From positions 91,325,968 to 91,379,842 of the forward strand of contig NC_068983.1 in NCBI RefSeq assembly GCF_001194135.2: a stretch of DNA of 53,875 bases. The letters run 5' to 3'. Shown piece after piece: positions 11,457 to 23,639 of this stretch. The first letter of the stretch is position 1; every line of letters begins with the position of its first letter. This stretch comes from Octopus bimaculoides (taxonomy: Eukaryota). The notes under the pieces were generated by a model, which saw only the letters and a program-made list of their open reading frames with translations, was not told the DNA's origin and ran no database searches. The position numbers were made by a program, and so were the translations under genes.

Positions 11457-12349
11457 AATATACATATACATATATATAATACATATACATACATATATAT
11501 ACACATANNNNNNNNNNNNNNNNNNNNNNNNNNNNNNNNNNNNNNNNNNNNNNNNNNNNNNNNNNNNNNNNNNNNNNNNNNNNNNNNNNNNNNNNNNNNN
11601 NNNNNNNNNNNNNNNNNNNNNNNNNNNNNNNNNNNNNNNNNNNNNNNNNNNNNNNNNNNNNNNNNNNNNNNNNNNNNNNNNNNNNNNNNNNNNNNNNNNN
11701 NNNNNNNNNNNNNNNNNNNNNNNNNNNNNNNNNNNNNNNNNNNNNNNNNNNNNNNNNNNNNNNNNNNNNNNNNNNNNNNNNNNNNNNNNNNNNNNNNNNN
11801 NNNNNNNNNNNNNNNNNNNNNNNNNNNNNNNNNNNNNNNNNNNNNNNNNNNNNNNNNNNNNNNNNNNNNNNNNNNNNNNNNNNNNNNNNNNNNNNNNNNN
11901 NNNNNNNNNNNNNNNNNNNNNNNNNNNNNNNNNNNNNNNNNNNNNNNNNNNNNNNNNNNNNNNNNNNNNNNNNNNNNNNNNNNNNNNNNNNNNNNNNNNN
12001 NNNNNNNNNNNNNNNNNNNNNNNNNNNNNNNNNNNNNNNNNNNNNNNNNNNNNNNNNNNNNNNNNNNNNNNNNNNNNNNNNNNNNNNNNNNNNNNNNNNN
12101 NNNNNNNNNNNNNNNNNNNNNNNNNNNNNNNNNNNNNNNNNNNNNNNNNNNNNNNNNNNNNNNNNNNATATATATATATATATATATACAGATACATATA
12201 TATTTACACACATATATAGATACATATATACATAGGTATGCATATATACATATATATATATACATACACACACACATATATATACATATATATATGTATA
12301 TATATAGTGTTTGAGGGCAATATATATATATGTATATACACATATACAT

Positions 12350-12960
12350 ATTGCCCTCACACACTTAGAACCTCCGACCAAACCCCAACCTGACATGTCC
12401 ATACTTAATTGTTTGTCCGAACTTCTTCTCTCCGTCAACTGCTTCCCGTTCGTGGGGGGTTTTACCAACAGCTTTCGGGAGTGGCTATGGTAATGAGAAT
12501 GGGCCCCAACTATATGAACCTGTTTGCTGGCTACGTAAGGCCCAAATATTTTCAAGATTTACTGGTCCCACTCCCAAAGTATACAGTCATTATATTGATG
12601 ACTGTATTGGCGTGACCTCGCTCTCCTGTGAACAACTAGACTCCTTCCTCTCTTTTATCCAATTCTTCCATCCTGCCTTTGAATTCTCCTGCGCCATTTT
12701 CCAACACTTCCATTGTCTGTCTCAACTTTTCAGTCAACATACACAACTCCGCTCTCACTACCTCCATCCACTACAAACACAGCAACTCACATGCATACCT
12801 CAACTTGTCCTCCTCCCACCCTACCCACACCAAGCTCTCCATCCCCTACTCCCAATTCATACATCTGCGCAGGCTCTGCAGTGATGACCATGACTTTGAG
12901 ACTCAGTCTCAACTCATGGCTTGCTACTTCATCCTTCGTGGATATCCCCTACCTCCACAT
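12350..12960 (+). mobile_element. Penelope-like element RT fragment (a second PLE family), frameshifted
   Basis: FYQQLSGVAMVMRMGPNYMNLFAGYV, YIDDCIG, and TSIHYKHSNSHAYLNLSSSHPTHTKLSIPYSQFIHLRRLCSDD, all typical of the PLE RT and thumb region. Confidence 0.85.
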
Positions 12961-13365
12961 CCTCACCACAAACACATGCCCCACCCTCACATTCCCACCC
13001 CAACACTGCCACACCACACACTAGCACTGACCACTTCCCATCCCCCACACATTAGATGCACACATCCACACGTCAAAGTCACCAGCCCCTATCCACACAA
13101 ACACACTTACTCTTACATACACACACACGCACACACCTTTGTTTTTGGATCACCAGTACTTTATTATCTCCCCTTCTTCCTAGCTCTCCTGTGTAACTAC
13201 CTTTGTCCAACCAGTCTTTGTGTTCCTTGTATTACTTGTCTTGTTTTCCATCTTTTGTCTATTTATTTGTGTATTTAACTCATTTATTTTCGTATTCATG
13301 TTGTCTACTGTTGGTGACGTCCTGTACCCATATATATATATGTATATGTATATATATATATCATG

Positions 13366-13407
<42 letters not shown>

Positions 13408-13419
13408 TAAATAATATAT

Positions 13420-13848
13420 ATATATGCTTTTATACATATATGTACATACCTACATATGTATGTATATATACATGCATATATGGGTACAGGATGTCAAAAA
13501 AAGTGAACAAAATGAAAAACGAGAACATAAAAAACCAAAACATGGAAAACGAACTTTTTTCGAACAACGAAAGAAACAAATAGAGAAACGAGACAGGCAA
13601 CATAAAGAACAATCCCTTCATTAGTTGTCCCATGTTTTATCTTTTCCGCGTTTCGAACGTTGGGACAAGACGTGACTTCGTTAAAACAGTCGTTCCTGCA
13701 AAGCAAATTAAATAAATTTGGAGTTTGCGGAGAGTTAAAGTGGTAACAAAAACAGGACAGTAAGAACAAAACAGTAATAACAAACGGTAAGGGCTGTTAA
13801 ACCATAACGAGGTGAAGTGGTGAACACTGAAGAAACGAGCTTTGACAG
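13420..13848 (-). repeat. ~770-bp repeat unit, 3' part (5' part lies at 15505-15691, split by a LINE insertion)
   Basis: Reverse complement aligns with 7534-7945. Junction sequence CTGTCAAAGCTCGT is duplicated. Confidence 0.8.
13614..13674 (-). ncRNA. Candidate permuted hammerhead, copy 3 (G5-to-A core mutation)
   Basis: CACG-TC-TTGTCCC-AACGTTC-GAAA-CGCG-linker-GGGACAA-CTAATGA-AGGG. Stem I is a perfect 7 bp. Confidence 0.4.
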
Positions 13849-15504
13849 CAGTGTTCCTTTATTGCCCAGAAGGGGGCCATCACAGAGAGGACAATACAAT
13901 TACATGTGGGGACACATGTAATTACAATACAATTACATGTGGGGACACATTTTCGAAGACGAAAAATAAATAAAACTGAAAAATAAAAATTAACCGTATA
14001 ACATGAATAATAATATGAAAATGAATAATGGAAATGTGCTGCATGCCCCACCTCAAGCAGCATCACTTACTTCCTTTTATCTTTTGTACTGTGAGTCTTT
14101 GAGAATGTCTATGCTATATTCCTCCATTAGCACCTCGTATCTCACATTGTCCGGTATTGTTTTTAGGTCAGCACTAACCTTCCAATACTTCTGTTCTTTC
14201 TTAAATTTCATAATTTTTTCCTTTTTACATTGTCACCATCACACATGCGTACCATCCAATTATGTTTGTACAACCTTCTACACTAATAAATTTAGCAGTT
14301 TTCCATTGTGTTATCTTGCTAAGTAATTCCTTATCTATATCCTTCGTCATCATACATATGTAACAATTATCACTGGGAAGGGAAGTTTGTGCATTCTGGT
14401 ATGTCTGTTTTTCTTTTTTCCTTTTGCTCTGTGTAGAAGGGGAATGGGTAGGTTTGGTGTCTGTGTGTGTGTGGGGGGTCTGAGAGGGAATGGGTGGGGT
14501 GGGTATGGTTTGGGGTTCCACTTCACACTGTTTCCTTTTTCTTCCTTCTGCTACTGTCCACTCTTCATTTTTCTTTTCTTACTATTGTACCTTCTGCTCC
14601 TTTCCATCTTTCTCCTGATCTCCTTGCTTCTGTAGAGGGCAGTGTGCTCTAATGTGGAATGTTTGGCCACATTTAAAACGAGGGATTCTGCCCTCTACCC
14701 ACACTCTCAAAATCATTTCCCCGATTGTTACTGTCTCCACCAAACTTTCCAATGTTTCCACTGTAGCCTGTATAATCAGGTCCATTGTTTTGCCTTTCCA
14801 TTTCGAATTTACTGTGGCTTAGAGGATGGCTATTTCTTCCTTACGTTCTAGAAGAACAGCCACTGCAACCTAAGCCACATCTATGTCAGGCGCAATTCCT
14901 TCTACCCTAATCTTGGAAGTTCTTCTTCCAAGATGAGTGGGTAGAAGGACTACTTTTTCTGATTTCACTGTAGTTTTTGGCATGTTCCTTTGCTTTTGTT
15001 TCTGTCTTAAAATGGACCACAATAGTTCCATATTTGCTGCCTCTCGCCAGGTATGTTATATCTTGCCATATTGTGCATAATGCCTTTTCTATTTCTTCAG
15101 CCTCTACATGTACTATTTTCTTTTCTTTCCCAGAATATACCTTGTAAACTATGTTTTTTTTTTGTTAATTTCTTCCAATATCTTTTGTGGTGGTGACAAC
15201 TTAACATCACCCCCTACTCTGTGAGCCACTCTTCCATACTTTTCTATATTTGTTAAGTCCACTTGCTTTTTTTTCCGTCCGTCACTTCAGCAAAGCTTTT
15301 TCTTCCCAAATGCTTATCCATTCTGTCCACTGCCATTATAAGCTCCTCCTACTTCGAAGATAATTCGGAACCACTAAGGTCCGAATAGAACATTCTTTTC
15401 ATTGCCATAGCCATCTCTCCCTAAAATAGAGAGAAGTACAACCAAAAACTGCTGCAAAGCAGCACAAAACAATCTTCAAAAAACACCAGCACACAAAAAA
15501 TGAT
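13849..15504 (-). mobile_element. Internally deleted Tx1/L1-like non-LTR retrotransposon (ORF1 relic plus 3' end) with 14-bp TSD
   Basis: Direct repeat ACGAGCTTTGACAG at 13835-13848 and 15505-15518. ORF1-like VWVEGRIPR-FKCGQTFHIRAHCP (degenerate CCHC). AATAAA near the 3' end (GGGCAATAAAG on the minus strand). Confidence 0.6.
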
Positions 15505-15691
15505 ACGAGCTTTGACAGGAGACAGACAAAAGTGTCTTGTCTTTTGTAAGGCAAGGGGAAGACAGAAAGATAGCCGCTGGTCACGTGTGAGCAAAGAGAG
15601 AGATAGTCAAAGAGGAAGAGTGAGGGTGAGAAAGAAAATGGTGAAGGGGAAAAGAATTAGAGAAAGGGTGGAAAAGAAAAACAGAAAGAAG

Positions 15692-16100
15692 TTTGTTTCT
15701 CCAGTGTTCATCACTTCACATCGTTATGGCTTAACAGCCCTTACCGTTTCTTTTTACTGTTTTGTTCTTACTGTCCTGTTTTTGTTACCACTTTAACCCT
15801 TCGCAAATCCCACATTTTATTTTATTTGCTTTGCAGGAACAACTGTTTTAATGAAGTCGCATCTTGTCCCAACGTTCGAAACGCGGAATAGATAAAACAG
15901 GGACAAATGATGAAGGGATTGTTCTTGAACGCCATGCATCTATTTCCAAGTAAGTTTACCTTAACCTTTTTTATGCGACTCTACTCTATACTGTTTTCTC
16001 CCCATCCTCTCTAATTCCCCTTTTCTCCCTTTCACCGTTTTCTCTCTTGTTACTCACACGTTACCATCGTCCATCTTTCTTTCCTGCATGGACGTTCTAA
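15692..16100 (+). repeat. ~770-bp repeat unit, partial plus-strand copy
   Basis: TTTCTCCAGTGTTCATCACTTCACATCGTTATGGCTTAACAGCCCTTACCG matches the reverse complement of 13790-13835. Continues through the ribozyme-like motif and TTTCCAAGTAAGTTT. Confidence 0.8.
15858..15917 (+). ncRNA. Candidate permuted hammerhead, copy 4 (C3-to-A core mutation)
   Basis: CGCA-TC-TTGTCCC-AACGTTC-GAAA-CGCG-GAATAGATAAAACA-GGGACAA-ATGATGA-AGGG. Confidence 0.4.
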
Positions 16101-17222
16101 GGACTGGATGTCTCCTATCTCTCTCTTCCATGTTTTCTCTTTTCAAAGAAAATATTTCTCTCAGTGCTCACTATTTTCTCCTCAGTCAGGTCTAATGACC
16201 CTCCATGTTTGTTTTCATTCGGTTTCCCTGTAAGTCTCTACTGTCCTGCTTTTGATCCCAACTTTGACCATCCATAAATCCAAAATTTTATTTTGGTATT
16301 TATGTGAGCAACTGTCTTCGAAAACTCATATTGTTGTTGATTGCTCGAAATGGGGAGAAGATAGACAGCCGACAACTGACGATAGGTCGTTCTTTGTATT
16401 ACTTGTCTTGTTTCCCATTGTTTCTCTTGCTATTTGTGTATTCAACTCATTTATTTTCGTATTTCATGTTGTTTACAGTTGGTGATGTCCTGTACCCACA
16501 GATGCACACACACACACATATATATATGTATGTATACATATATATATTATTACTTAATTGAATGCCATGAATCCCTTTCCAAGTATATATATANNNNNNN
16601 NNNNNNNNNNNNNNNNNNNNNNNNNNNNNNNNNNNNNNNNNNNNNNNNNNNNNNNNNNNNNNNNNNNNNNNNNNNNNNNNNNNNNNNNNNNNNNNNNNNN
16701 NNNNNNNNNNNNNNNNNNNNNNNNNNNNNNNNNNNNNNNNNNNNNNNNNNNNNNNNNNNNNNNNNNNNNNNNNNNNNNNNNNNNNNNNNNNNNNNNNNNN
16801 NNNNNNNNNNNNNNNNNNNNNNNNNNNNNNNNNNNNNNNNNNNNNNNNNNNNNNNNNNNNNNNNNNNNNNNNNNNNNNNNNNNNNNNNNNNNNNNNNNNN
16901 NNNNNNNNNNNNNNNNNNNNNNNNNNNNNNNNNNNNNNNNNNNNNNNNNNNNNNNNNNNNNNNNNNNNNNNNNNNNNNNNNNNNNNNNNNNNNNNNNNNN
17001 NNNNNNNNNNNNNNNNNNNNNNNNNNNNNNNNNNNNNNNNNNNNNNNNNNNNNNNNNNNNNNNNNNNNNNNNNNNNNNNNNNNNNNNNNNNNNNNNNNNN
17101 NNNNNNNNNNNNNNNNNNNNNNNNNNNNNNNNNNNNNNNNNNNNNNNNNNNNNNNNNNNNNNNNNNNNNNNNNNNNNNNNNNNNNNNNNNNNNNNNNNNN
17201 NNNNNNNNNNNNNNNNNNNNNN

Positions 17223-17468
17223 GAAACTGAAAGAAGCCCGTCGTATATATGTATATATATATATGTATGTGTGTGTTTGTCCCCCCAACATCGCTTGACA
17301 ACCGATGCTGGTGTGTTTATGTCCCCGTAACTTAGCGGTTCGGCAAAATAGATCAATAGAATAAGTACTAGGCTTCTAAAGAATAAGTCCTGGGGTCGAT
17401 TTGCTCGACTAAAAGGCGGTGCTCCAGCATGGCCACAGTCAAAAGACTGAAACAAGTAAAAGAGTAAA

Positions 17469-17470
<2 letters not shown>
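17223..17470 (+). mobile_element. tRNA-derived SINE, 3' half (5' part in gap)
   Basis: GAAACTGAAAGAAGCCCGTCG...GGCGGTGCTCCAGCATGGCCACAGTCAAAAGACTGAAACAAGTAAAAGAG, same family as 43060-43440. Confidence 0.85.
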
Positions 17471-17531
<61 letters not shown>

Positions 17532-17639
17532 CACACACACATATATATAATTATACACACACATATATGTACAGAAAGCCAAAGATGGAATTTACTTATT
17601 TCAGTTGTTCAAAGCAATCTGAAACTGAGTTAACTGATG

Positions 17640-19120
17640 CATCCCATATTGCAAAATAAAAATTTATTTTGTAGCTTTGTTTACTATCCTGGATAAGCTC
17701 ATTTTTTCCTTCATATGAGAATTGTTGTTTTTTTCTTCTGATGTGCATTGGCTTTGCTTCAAATTCTGCACACAGACCAAATTCATCAGCTATCTCACAA
17801 GCATCAACAACTACTTACTCAAATTTTGTATCACTCCTGCAATCAATAAGATACTTTTTGGTTTGTTCAAGCTCTTTAAGTGCAGAGTCTATGGTTAAAA
17901 CTTTTGACTGCAAATTTTTGCTATTAATGTTAGTTTCAAAGAGAATACTATACCAAAGAATTAATGAAGCCACAAAACTGAACTTAGAAATCTCATTGGC
18001 TAGAGCTTGAACATCTACAGATGAAAAAGTGCCACTTGAACCAGTGAGGTTAGCATTATCAGCAATTTCAATTAATACATCATAAACTTTGCCAAGCTCA
18101 TAACGAAGGGGCTTAAGGGCATCAATTCTACACTCCCATCTTGTTTCACAGCTAATGTTACATGAGATTTCAGAGCTTCCCATCAACATGTTGAGGAAGA
18201 AAAGTAGATATAAATATGTTGTACCAGGTCAAAATACTTTGTGCATCTAAGCAGCAGCTGGCAACATCATTGATCATTACGAGTATTGCAGGGAACAAAA
18301 TATGCCCTCAGATTAATATTCAGTAATCTTCTCTGTACTCCATTATCTTTATCTTTCATGTTGCTTCCATTATCAAATCCTTGGCCACACAAATTTTCAA
18401 CTGACAAAGACACTTCATGAAGTTTCTCCAGAATGGTGTCAGTAATGAAAGCACCAGTAGCTTCCTTTAGCAGAATAAATCCCAAAAAGTGTTCCCTAAC
18501 AGTCATTTCAGATTTTTCTGTGTGTATGTTACCTGCCATTTCTTCATTGTTTTTACCTAGGTCAACAAAGTGAATGATCATTGTCATCTGCTCTACATGG
18601 CTTACAATAGGTGTGCAATCTAAAATAATGGAGAAATATTTTGCAGCCTGGACAACTTCTATTGTTTTCTTTTGAGTAGCTGATGCAATGAGTTGAATTA
18701 GCTCATTTTGAATACCTTTACCAAGATAATGTGCAAATGTCACATGATTCTTTACTTTATGCAGATGCTCTTTCATAATTGGACCAAACTCTGCCAGATA
18801 CTTCACAAATTTTAAGAAGTTCCTACTGTTTGAACTGTACAACCTTTCACTACTTCCATGAAAGGGCAGATTTTGTTCACCAAAAACTCTTACTAAAGAA
18901 ACCAATCTTATTAGTACTAGGTGCCAGTATTCTTTTTACTTTATTAGTTGCTTTTTGTATTTTCAATCGTATTTCAAGTTCTTTCCATCTTTGAAAATTT
19001 TCTAAATGACAATTACTTTTTTCATTCGAAGAGAGGACTGCTGCAAGATTTTTCCAATCATTTGAACCATTTTCTGCAAGTGTAAGTGTAACTGAAATCT
19101 TTATCAAACATTACTTACTA
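17640..19120 (-). mobile_element. hAT-superfamily transposase relic (ZMYM1-like / DUF4371-type region)
   Basis: FGEQNLPFHGSSE..NFLKFVKYLAEF..HYLGKGIQNELIQLIA..AKYFSIILDCTP..VREHFLGFI..LCGQGFDNGSNMK..RAYFVPC, followed by ETRWECRIDALK..LQSKVLTIDSALK. Broken by frameshifts. Confidence 0.85.
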
Positions 19121-19568
19121 ATTGCTAATGATTTGATAAATGAATTTTTTATTATAATAACAAAATTATCACTTTATAATTATAAATTTCTTAAACTTTC
19201 TCTCCTAAGTCAGCACAACCCAAGACATCCCCAGATTTTGTTGCCCTCCTAGGTAGATCCAAATCTGGGTACAAGATAGCACATGGCACATAGATCACTT
19301 TCAGAGCAATAGGATTGTGATTGCTGGGCCTCAATATTTCCTAATGGCCTGGTGGTTTTGTCAACAACCATCCATCCATCCATTTTCCCTATCCACCACT
19401 CTTGGGAGAGTTGTGGGTGTAGAATTCTCAGACACCTCCTCTATAGGGTTCTATCAGAAGCACTCTCTCTCATATACACACACACATCCCTATTCACTTT
19501 ATTATACAGGAAAAAAAAAAGACACTGATAGAGCAATCAGCAGATAACACTGCAGAAACTCAGGGGCA

Positions 19569-19998
19569 TGTGCAGGAGTGGCTGTGTGGTAAGTAGTAGC
19601 TAAAGCACAGGAGTGGTGTGCGGTAAATAGCTTGCTTACCAACCACATGGTTCTGGGTTCAGTCCCACTGCGTGGCACCTTGAGCAAGTGTCTTCTGCAA
19701 TAGCCTTGGGCTGACCAAAGCCTTGTGANNNNNNNNNNATAGCCTTGGGCTGACCAAAGCCTTGTGAGTGGATTTGGTAGATGGAAACTGAAAGAAGCCC
19801 ATCGTATATATGTATATGTATATATATGTGTGTGTGTGTGTGTTTGTCCCCACCAACATTGCTTGACAACCGATACTGGTTCGGCAAAAGACCGATAGAA
19901 TAGGTACTGGGCTTACAAAGAATAAGTCCTGGGGTCGATTTACTCGACTAAAGGCGGTGCTCCAGCATGGCTGCAGTCAAATAACTGAAACAAGTAAA
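19569..19998 (+). mobile_element. tRNA-derived SINE with duplicated head
   Basis: GCAGGAGTGGCTGTGTGGTAAG...GGGTTCAGTCCC (B-box-like)...ACTGAAACAAGTAAAAGAG. A 10-N gap lies inside with duplicated flanks. Confidence 0.85.
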
Positions 19999-20006
19999 AG
20001 AGAATA

Positions 20007-20041
<35 letters not shown>

Positions 20042-20372
20042 NNNNNNNNNNNNNNNNNNNNNNNNNNNNNNNNNNNNNNNNNNNNNNNNNNNNNNNNNNN
20101 NNNNNNNNNNNNNNNNNNNNNNNNNNNNNNNNNNNNNNNNNNNNNNNNNNNNNNNNNNNNNNNNNNNNNNNNNNNNNNNNNNNNNNNNNNNNNNNNNNNN
20201 NNNNNNNNNNNNNNNNNNNNNNNNNNNNNNNNNNNTATAGGTGTAAAAAGGTTGAATTAAGATTTGTCCTTTAATTTGTTTCTAAAACAGATTTCTAGTA
20301 TTGATTCTTCATATTTTGCTGGTAGTTTACAAGTGTAAATTTGCAAATATGAAAATAATACTTGTATATGAT

Positions 20373-20539
20373 GTGTTGTGAATTTATAAATCCCATAAAA
20401 CTCAACAATTTTGTTAAAAATGGAGATGTTAAAACATATAAGAGAATTTTAATTTTATTAAAATTCTCATATTTTAACATCTTCATTTTTAACAAAATTG
20501 TTGAGTTTTATGGGATTTCTTTCTATAAATTCACAACAC
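20373..20539. repeat. ~167-bp near-perfect palindrome (hairpin)
   Basis: Arms GTGTTGTGAATTTATA / AATCCCATAAAACTCAACAATTTTGTTAAAAATGGAGATGTTAAA / GAGAATTTTAAT are mirrored across a TTT loop at 20454-20456. Confidence 0.9.
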
Positions 20540-20565
20540 GTAAATAAAAAGAATATTTATACATA

Positions 20566-21450
20566 TCTCTACATATATAAACACAAGTTGTCTGTTTGTG
20601 TCAAGTTGACGTCTACACCCGTATATGAATTTTCGTGAAACTTTGCAAGCATGTTCAAGTAACATCCAGTTTGTGACTAGGTTCATTGAAGTTTAATAAA
20701 AATCTATAATTGGATGGCTAGGGCCCCTAGAAGGGGTCCACATGTATAATCAATATGTTTTCCTTTAACAGCCAAAGGAAATAACCCATCCATTTTCCTA
20801 CGCAAGGGAAATAGCCCATTCATTTGTTAGTCAAGGGAAATAACCCATTCATTTGCTAGCAAAGAGAAATAACTCATTCATTTTCCTTCGAGTAAGCTTG
20901 CCTTTTGAACATACGGTATTTGATTTAAGGCGTTTCCTAACCTGAGGAATCAGTTTACAGACCATAACTGTCTAAAAACCCGTCCGAAATGAGCTCCAAA
21001 GAATGTGGCAGTTCATGATTTGAACATCAAACTTCTGGAGCAGTTGCCAGGTTAATGTCACATCTACAATTCCTTTGACAATGTATGAAGCTGTAAATTA
21101 TCCAGTTGAATTCTTGAATAGTCTAACACCACCCAGCCTCCCACCTCAAGATTGGGGTACCAGTTATGTTGCTTTGAAACTTCGATCCACCAAAGCTTTG
21201 CAATGGAACACGACTTATCAGAAAGAAGATGATGCCAACAGTCTTGGAGACAACAATTTTGACTGCTAAAGCAAGCAGTGAGTCTGTATTCATTCCTAGA
21301 ATTCCACTTATTCCTTTGGATATCCCTTTCCAGTACAAGCACCTGCAATTCCTGTTGAAACTGAGCTTAGCAATGAGCATTAACAAGGTCCAGGGGCAGT
21401 CCTTGGATGTGCTAGGGCTCAACCTTGCAGAACAAGTTTTCTCAAAATAC
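20566..21450 (+). mobile_element. Helitron, internally deleted: 5' TC end plus Pif1-helicase C-terminal fragment
   Basis: A|TCTCTACATATATAAA at 20565/20566 is a Helitron-like 5' end. Protein relic YPVEFLNSLTPPSLPP and VFIPRIPLIPLDIPFQYKHLQFLLKLSLAMSINKVQGQSLDVLGLNLAEQVFS. Confidence 0.8.
20774..20889. repeat. Minisatellite, 4 copies of ~29 bp
   Basis: Unit approximately AAGGGAAATAACCCATTCATTTGCTAGC. Confidence 0.85.
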
Positions 21451-21697
21451 AATAATAATAATAAAAGTTATGTATATATCAACCAACAATAAATAACAAA
21501 TGAATGTATATAAAAATACTTATTACATTAAGACAGAAAAATGTTAAACAATATTATTAAAAAGAAATTTAGTACCAATCTTATCGAAAATTATAAACGT
21601 GTCATTATTAACTTTATGTTTATTAGAATATAAGTTAACAGAAATATTAAATGCAAATCTTATCTTAAAGAATCTTTTGTTTAAAATACAATTTAAC

Positions 21698-23400
21698 AGT
21701 CATGTTTCACTGCCATGTAGCATGGCTGTTCGTACACATGCGTCATACAGTCTGCCTTTTACTCTGAGAGAGAGGCCCTTTGTCACCAGCAGAAGTAAGA
21801 ACTCTCTGAACTTTGCCCAGGCTATTCTTATTCTAGCAGCTACACTTTCAGTGCACCCTCCCCCACTACTAACTTGGTCACCTAGATAGCGGAAGCTATC
21901 AACTACGTCTAGTTTTTCTACCTGGAATGTGGCAGAAGTCGTTTTCTGCACATTTTCAGTGCTTATTGCTCCTGAACATCTGCCACATACAAAAACTAAC
22001 TTCCTAGTTAACCTTCCTTTGATATTGCTGTACTCTTATGTGTCCATAGCTTGCACTGGGTACATCTNNNNNNNNNNAGTTCTGATAATGACTCAGCAAT
22101 TAGTGCTAGGTCATCAGCATAGAGGAGCTCCCAGGGGCATCCTGTCTTGAATTCCTCTGTTATTGCCTGGAGGACTATGATAAATAGGAGGGGGCTGAGG
22201 TCTGAACCTTGGTGGACTCCTACCTCTACCCAGAATTCTTCACTGTACTCGTTGCCAACCCTCACCTTACTGACAGCGTCTCTGTACATGGCTCGCACGG
22301 CTCTCACTAACCAGTCCTCTATCCCTAGTTTCCTCATTGACCACCAGATAAGGGATCGAGGGACCTTGTCAAAGGCTTTTTCCATGTCAACGAAAGCCAG
22401 GTACCACGGTATAATATTTGGCTAGGTATTTCTCCTGAAGCTGTCTTACCAGAAATATAGCATCAGCGGTGCTTTTCCATGGCACAAACTCAAACTGTAT
22501 CTCATCTAAACTGACTCTCTCCCTAATTAGTTGGGCTATGACCCTCTCCATGACTTTCATTACCTGATCTAACAACTTGATACCTCTGTAATTATTTGTA
22601 TCTAAAGCGTCACTTTTACCTTTGTAACAGTTGACTATGGTGCTGCTACACCAGTCATTGGGTGTGACTCCTTCATGTATCACCTGGTTAACAATATGGG
22701 TACTAGGCTATAGCCGACACTGCCAGATATTTTGAGCATCTCTGGAGTGATTCCTGATGGACTGGGGGCCTTCCCTGTCTTCATACTCTTAATTGCTTTA
22801 TCTACCATGGTACTGTCAACTCAGATAGCTGGTCTCTCTGTTGGGTCAACATTTGGCAGACTCTCTTCCTCCCATTTATTCTCTTCATTGAGCAATCTTT
22901 CGTAGTGACGTCACCATACCTCTTTCTTTGCAGCCTCCTTTAGTGCAAGTGTACCATCATCCATGCGAACACATTTCTCTGCCATGACATCACGATTCTC
23001 TCACACACTGTCCTGCAACATGAAATACCTCAAGTCTTTGGTCCTCACGGCGCAGAACATTGGCAAATTTTTTCTCATCTGCTTCCCCTCTGGCTAAATA
23101 AATCTGTCGCCTACCTTCTCTTCTGGCAGTCTGATACAATTCCCTGTTACCACTGTTCTTCCAGTCCTTCCAAGCCTGTTTCTTTTGTCTAATAGCCCTG
23201 TCAACAACATTGTTCTACCACCACGTTATTTTGTGTTGAGAGGGGACTTTGCCCCATCCACAGATCTGGTCAGTGACCCGCAGCAGGTTGTCCCGTAGAA
23301 ACTTCCAGTTGTCTTCTACATCGTGTGAAGCTATATCCCACTCTATTCCATCAAAGGCTTCGAGTAATAAGTCTCTAAATCTCTGTCCATTCGCAGGATC
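21698..23400 (-). mobile_element. RTE-clade LINE ORF2 fragment (linker and RT), degenerate
   Basis: DWCSSTIVNCYKGKSDALDTNNYRGIKLLDQVMKV, EKAFDKVPRSLIWWSMRK..GVHQGSDLSP..ELLYADDL, and [15 protein letters not shown]. Confidence 0.9.
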
Positions 23401-23404
23401 ACAC

Positions 23405-23467
<63 letters not shown>

Positions 23468-23639
23468 CAGATATACATTTAGAGGGCGCAATGAGTAAAT
23501 TGTCGCCATTTTATATTTTTTATTTCATGCATGTGTATTGTTTATTTTGTTGACAGCACCAAGACACAATTCAGTTTGCCAGAAATTTGGAAACGACATG
23601 CTGTACTGCTTGGCATTTGCGTTGGAAGCTCTAATATGA

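Noticed and set aside
19700-19770. Apparent tandem duplications around 10-N gaps (also 39440-39560)
   Set aside because: The same sequence appears on both sides of a 10-N spacer, the pattern of unmerged overlapping contig ends rather than biology.
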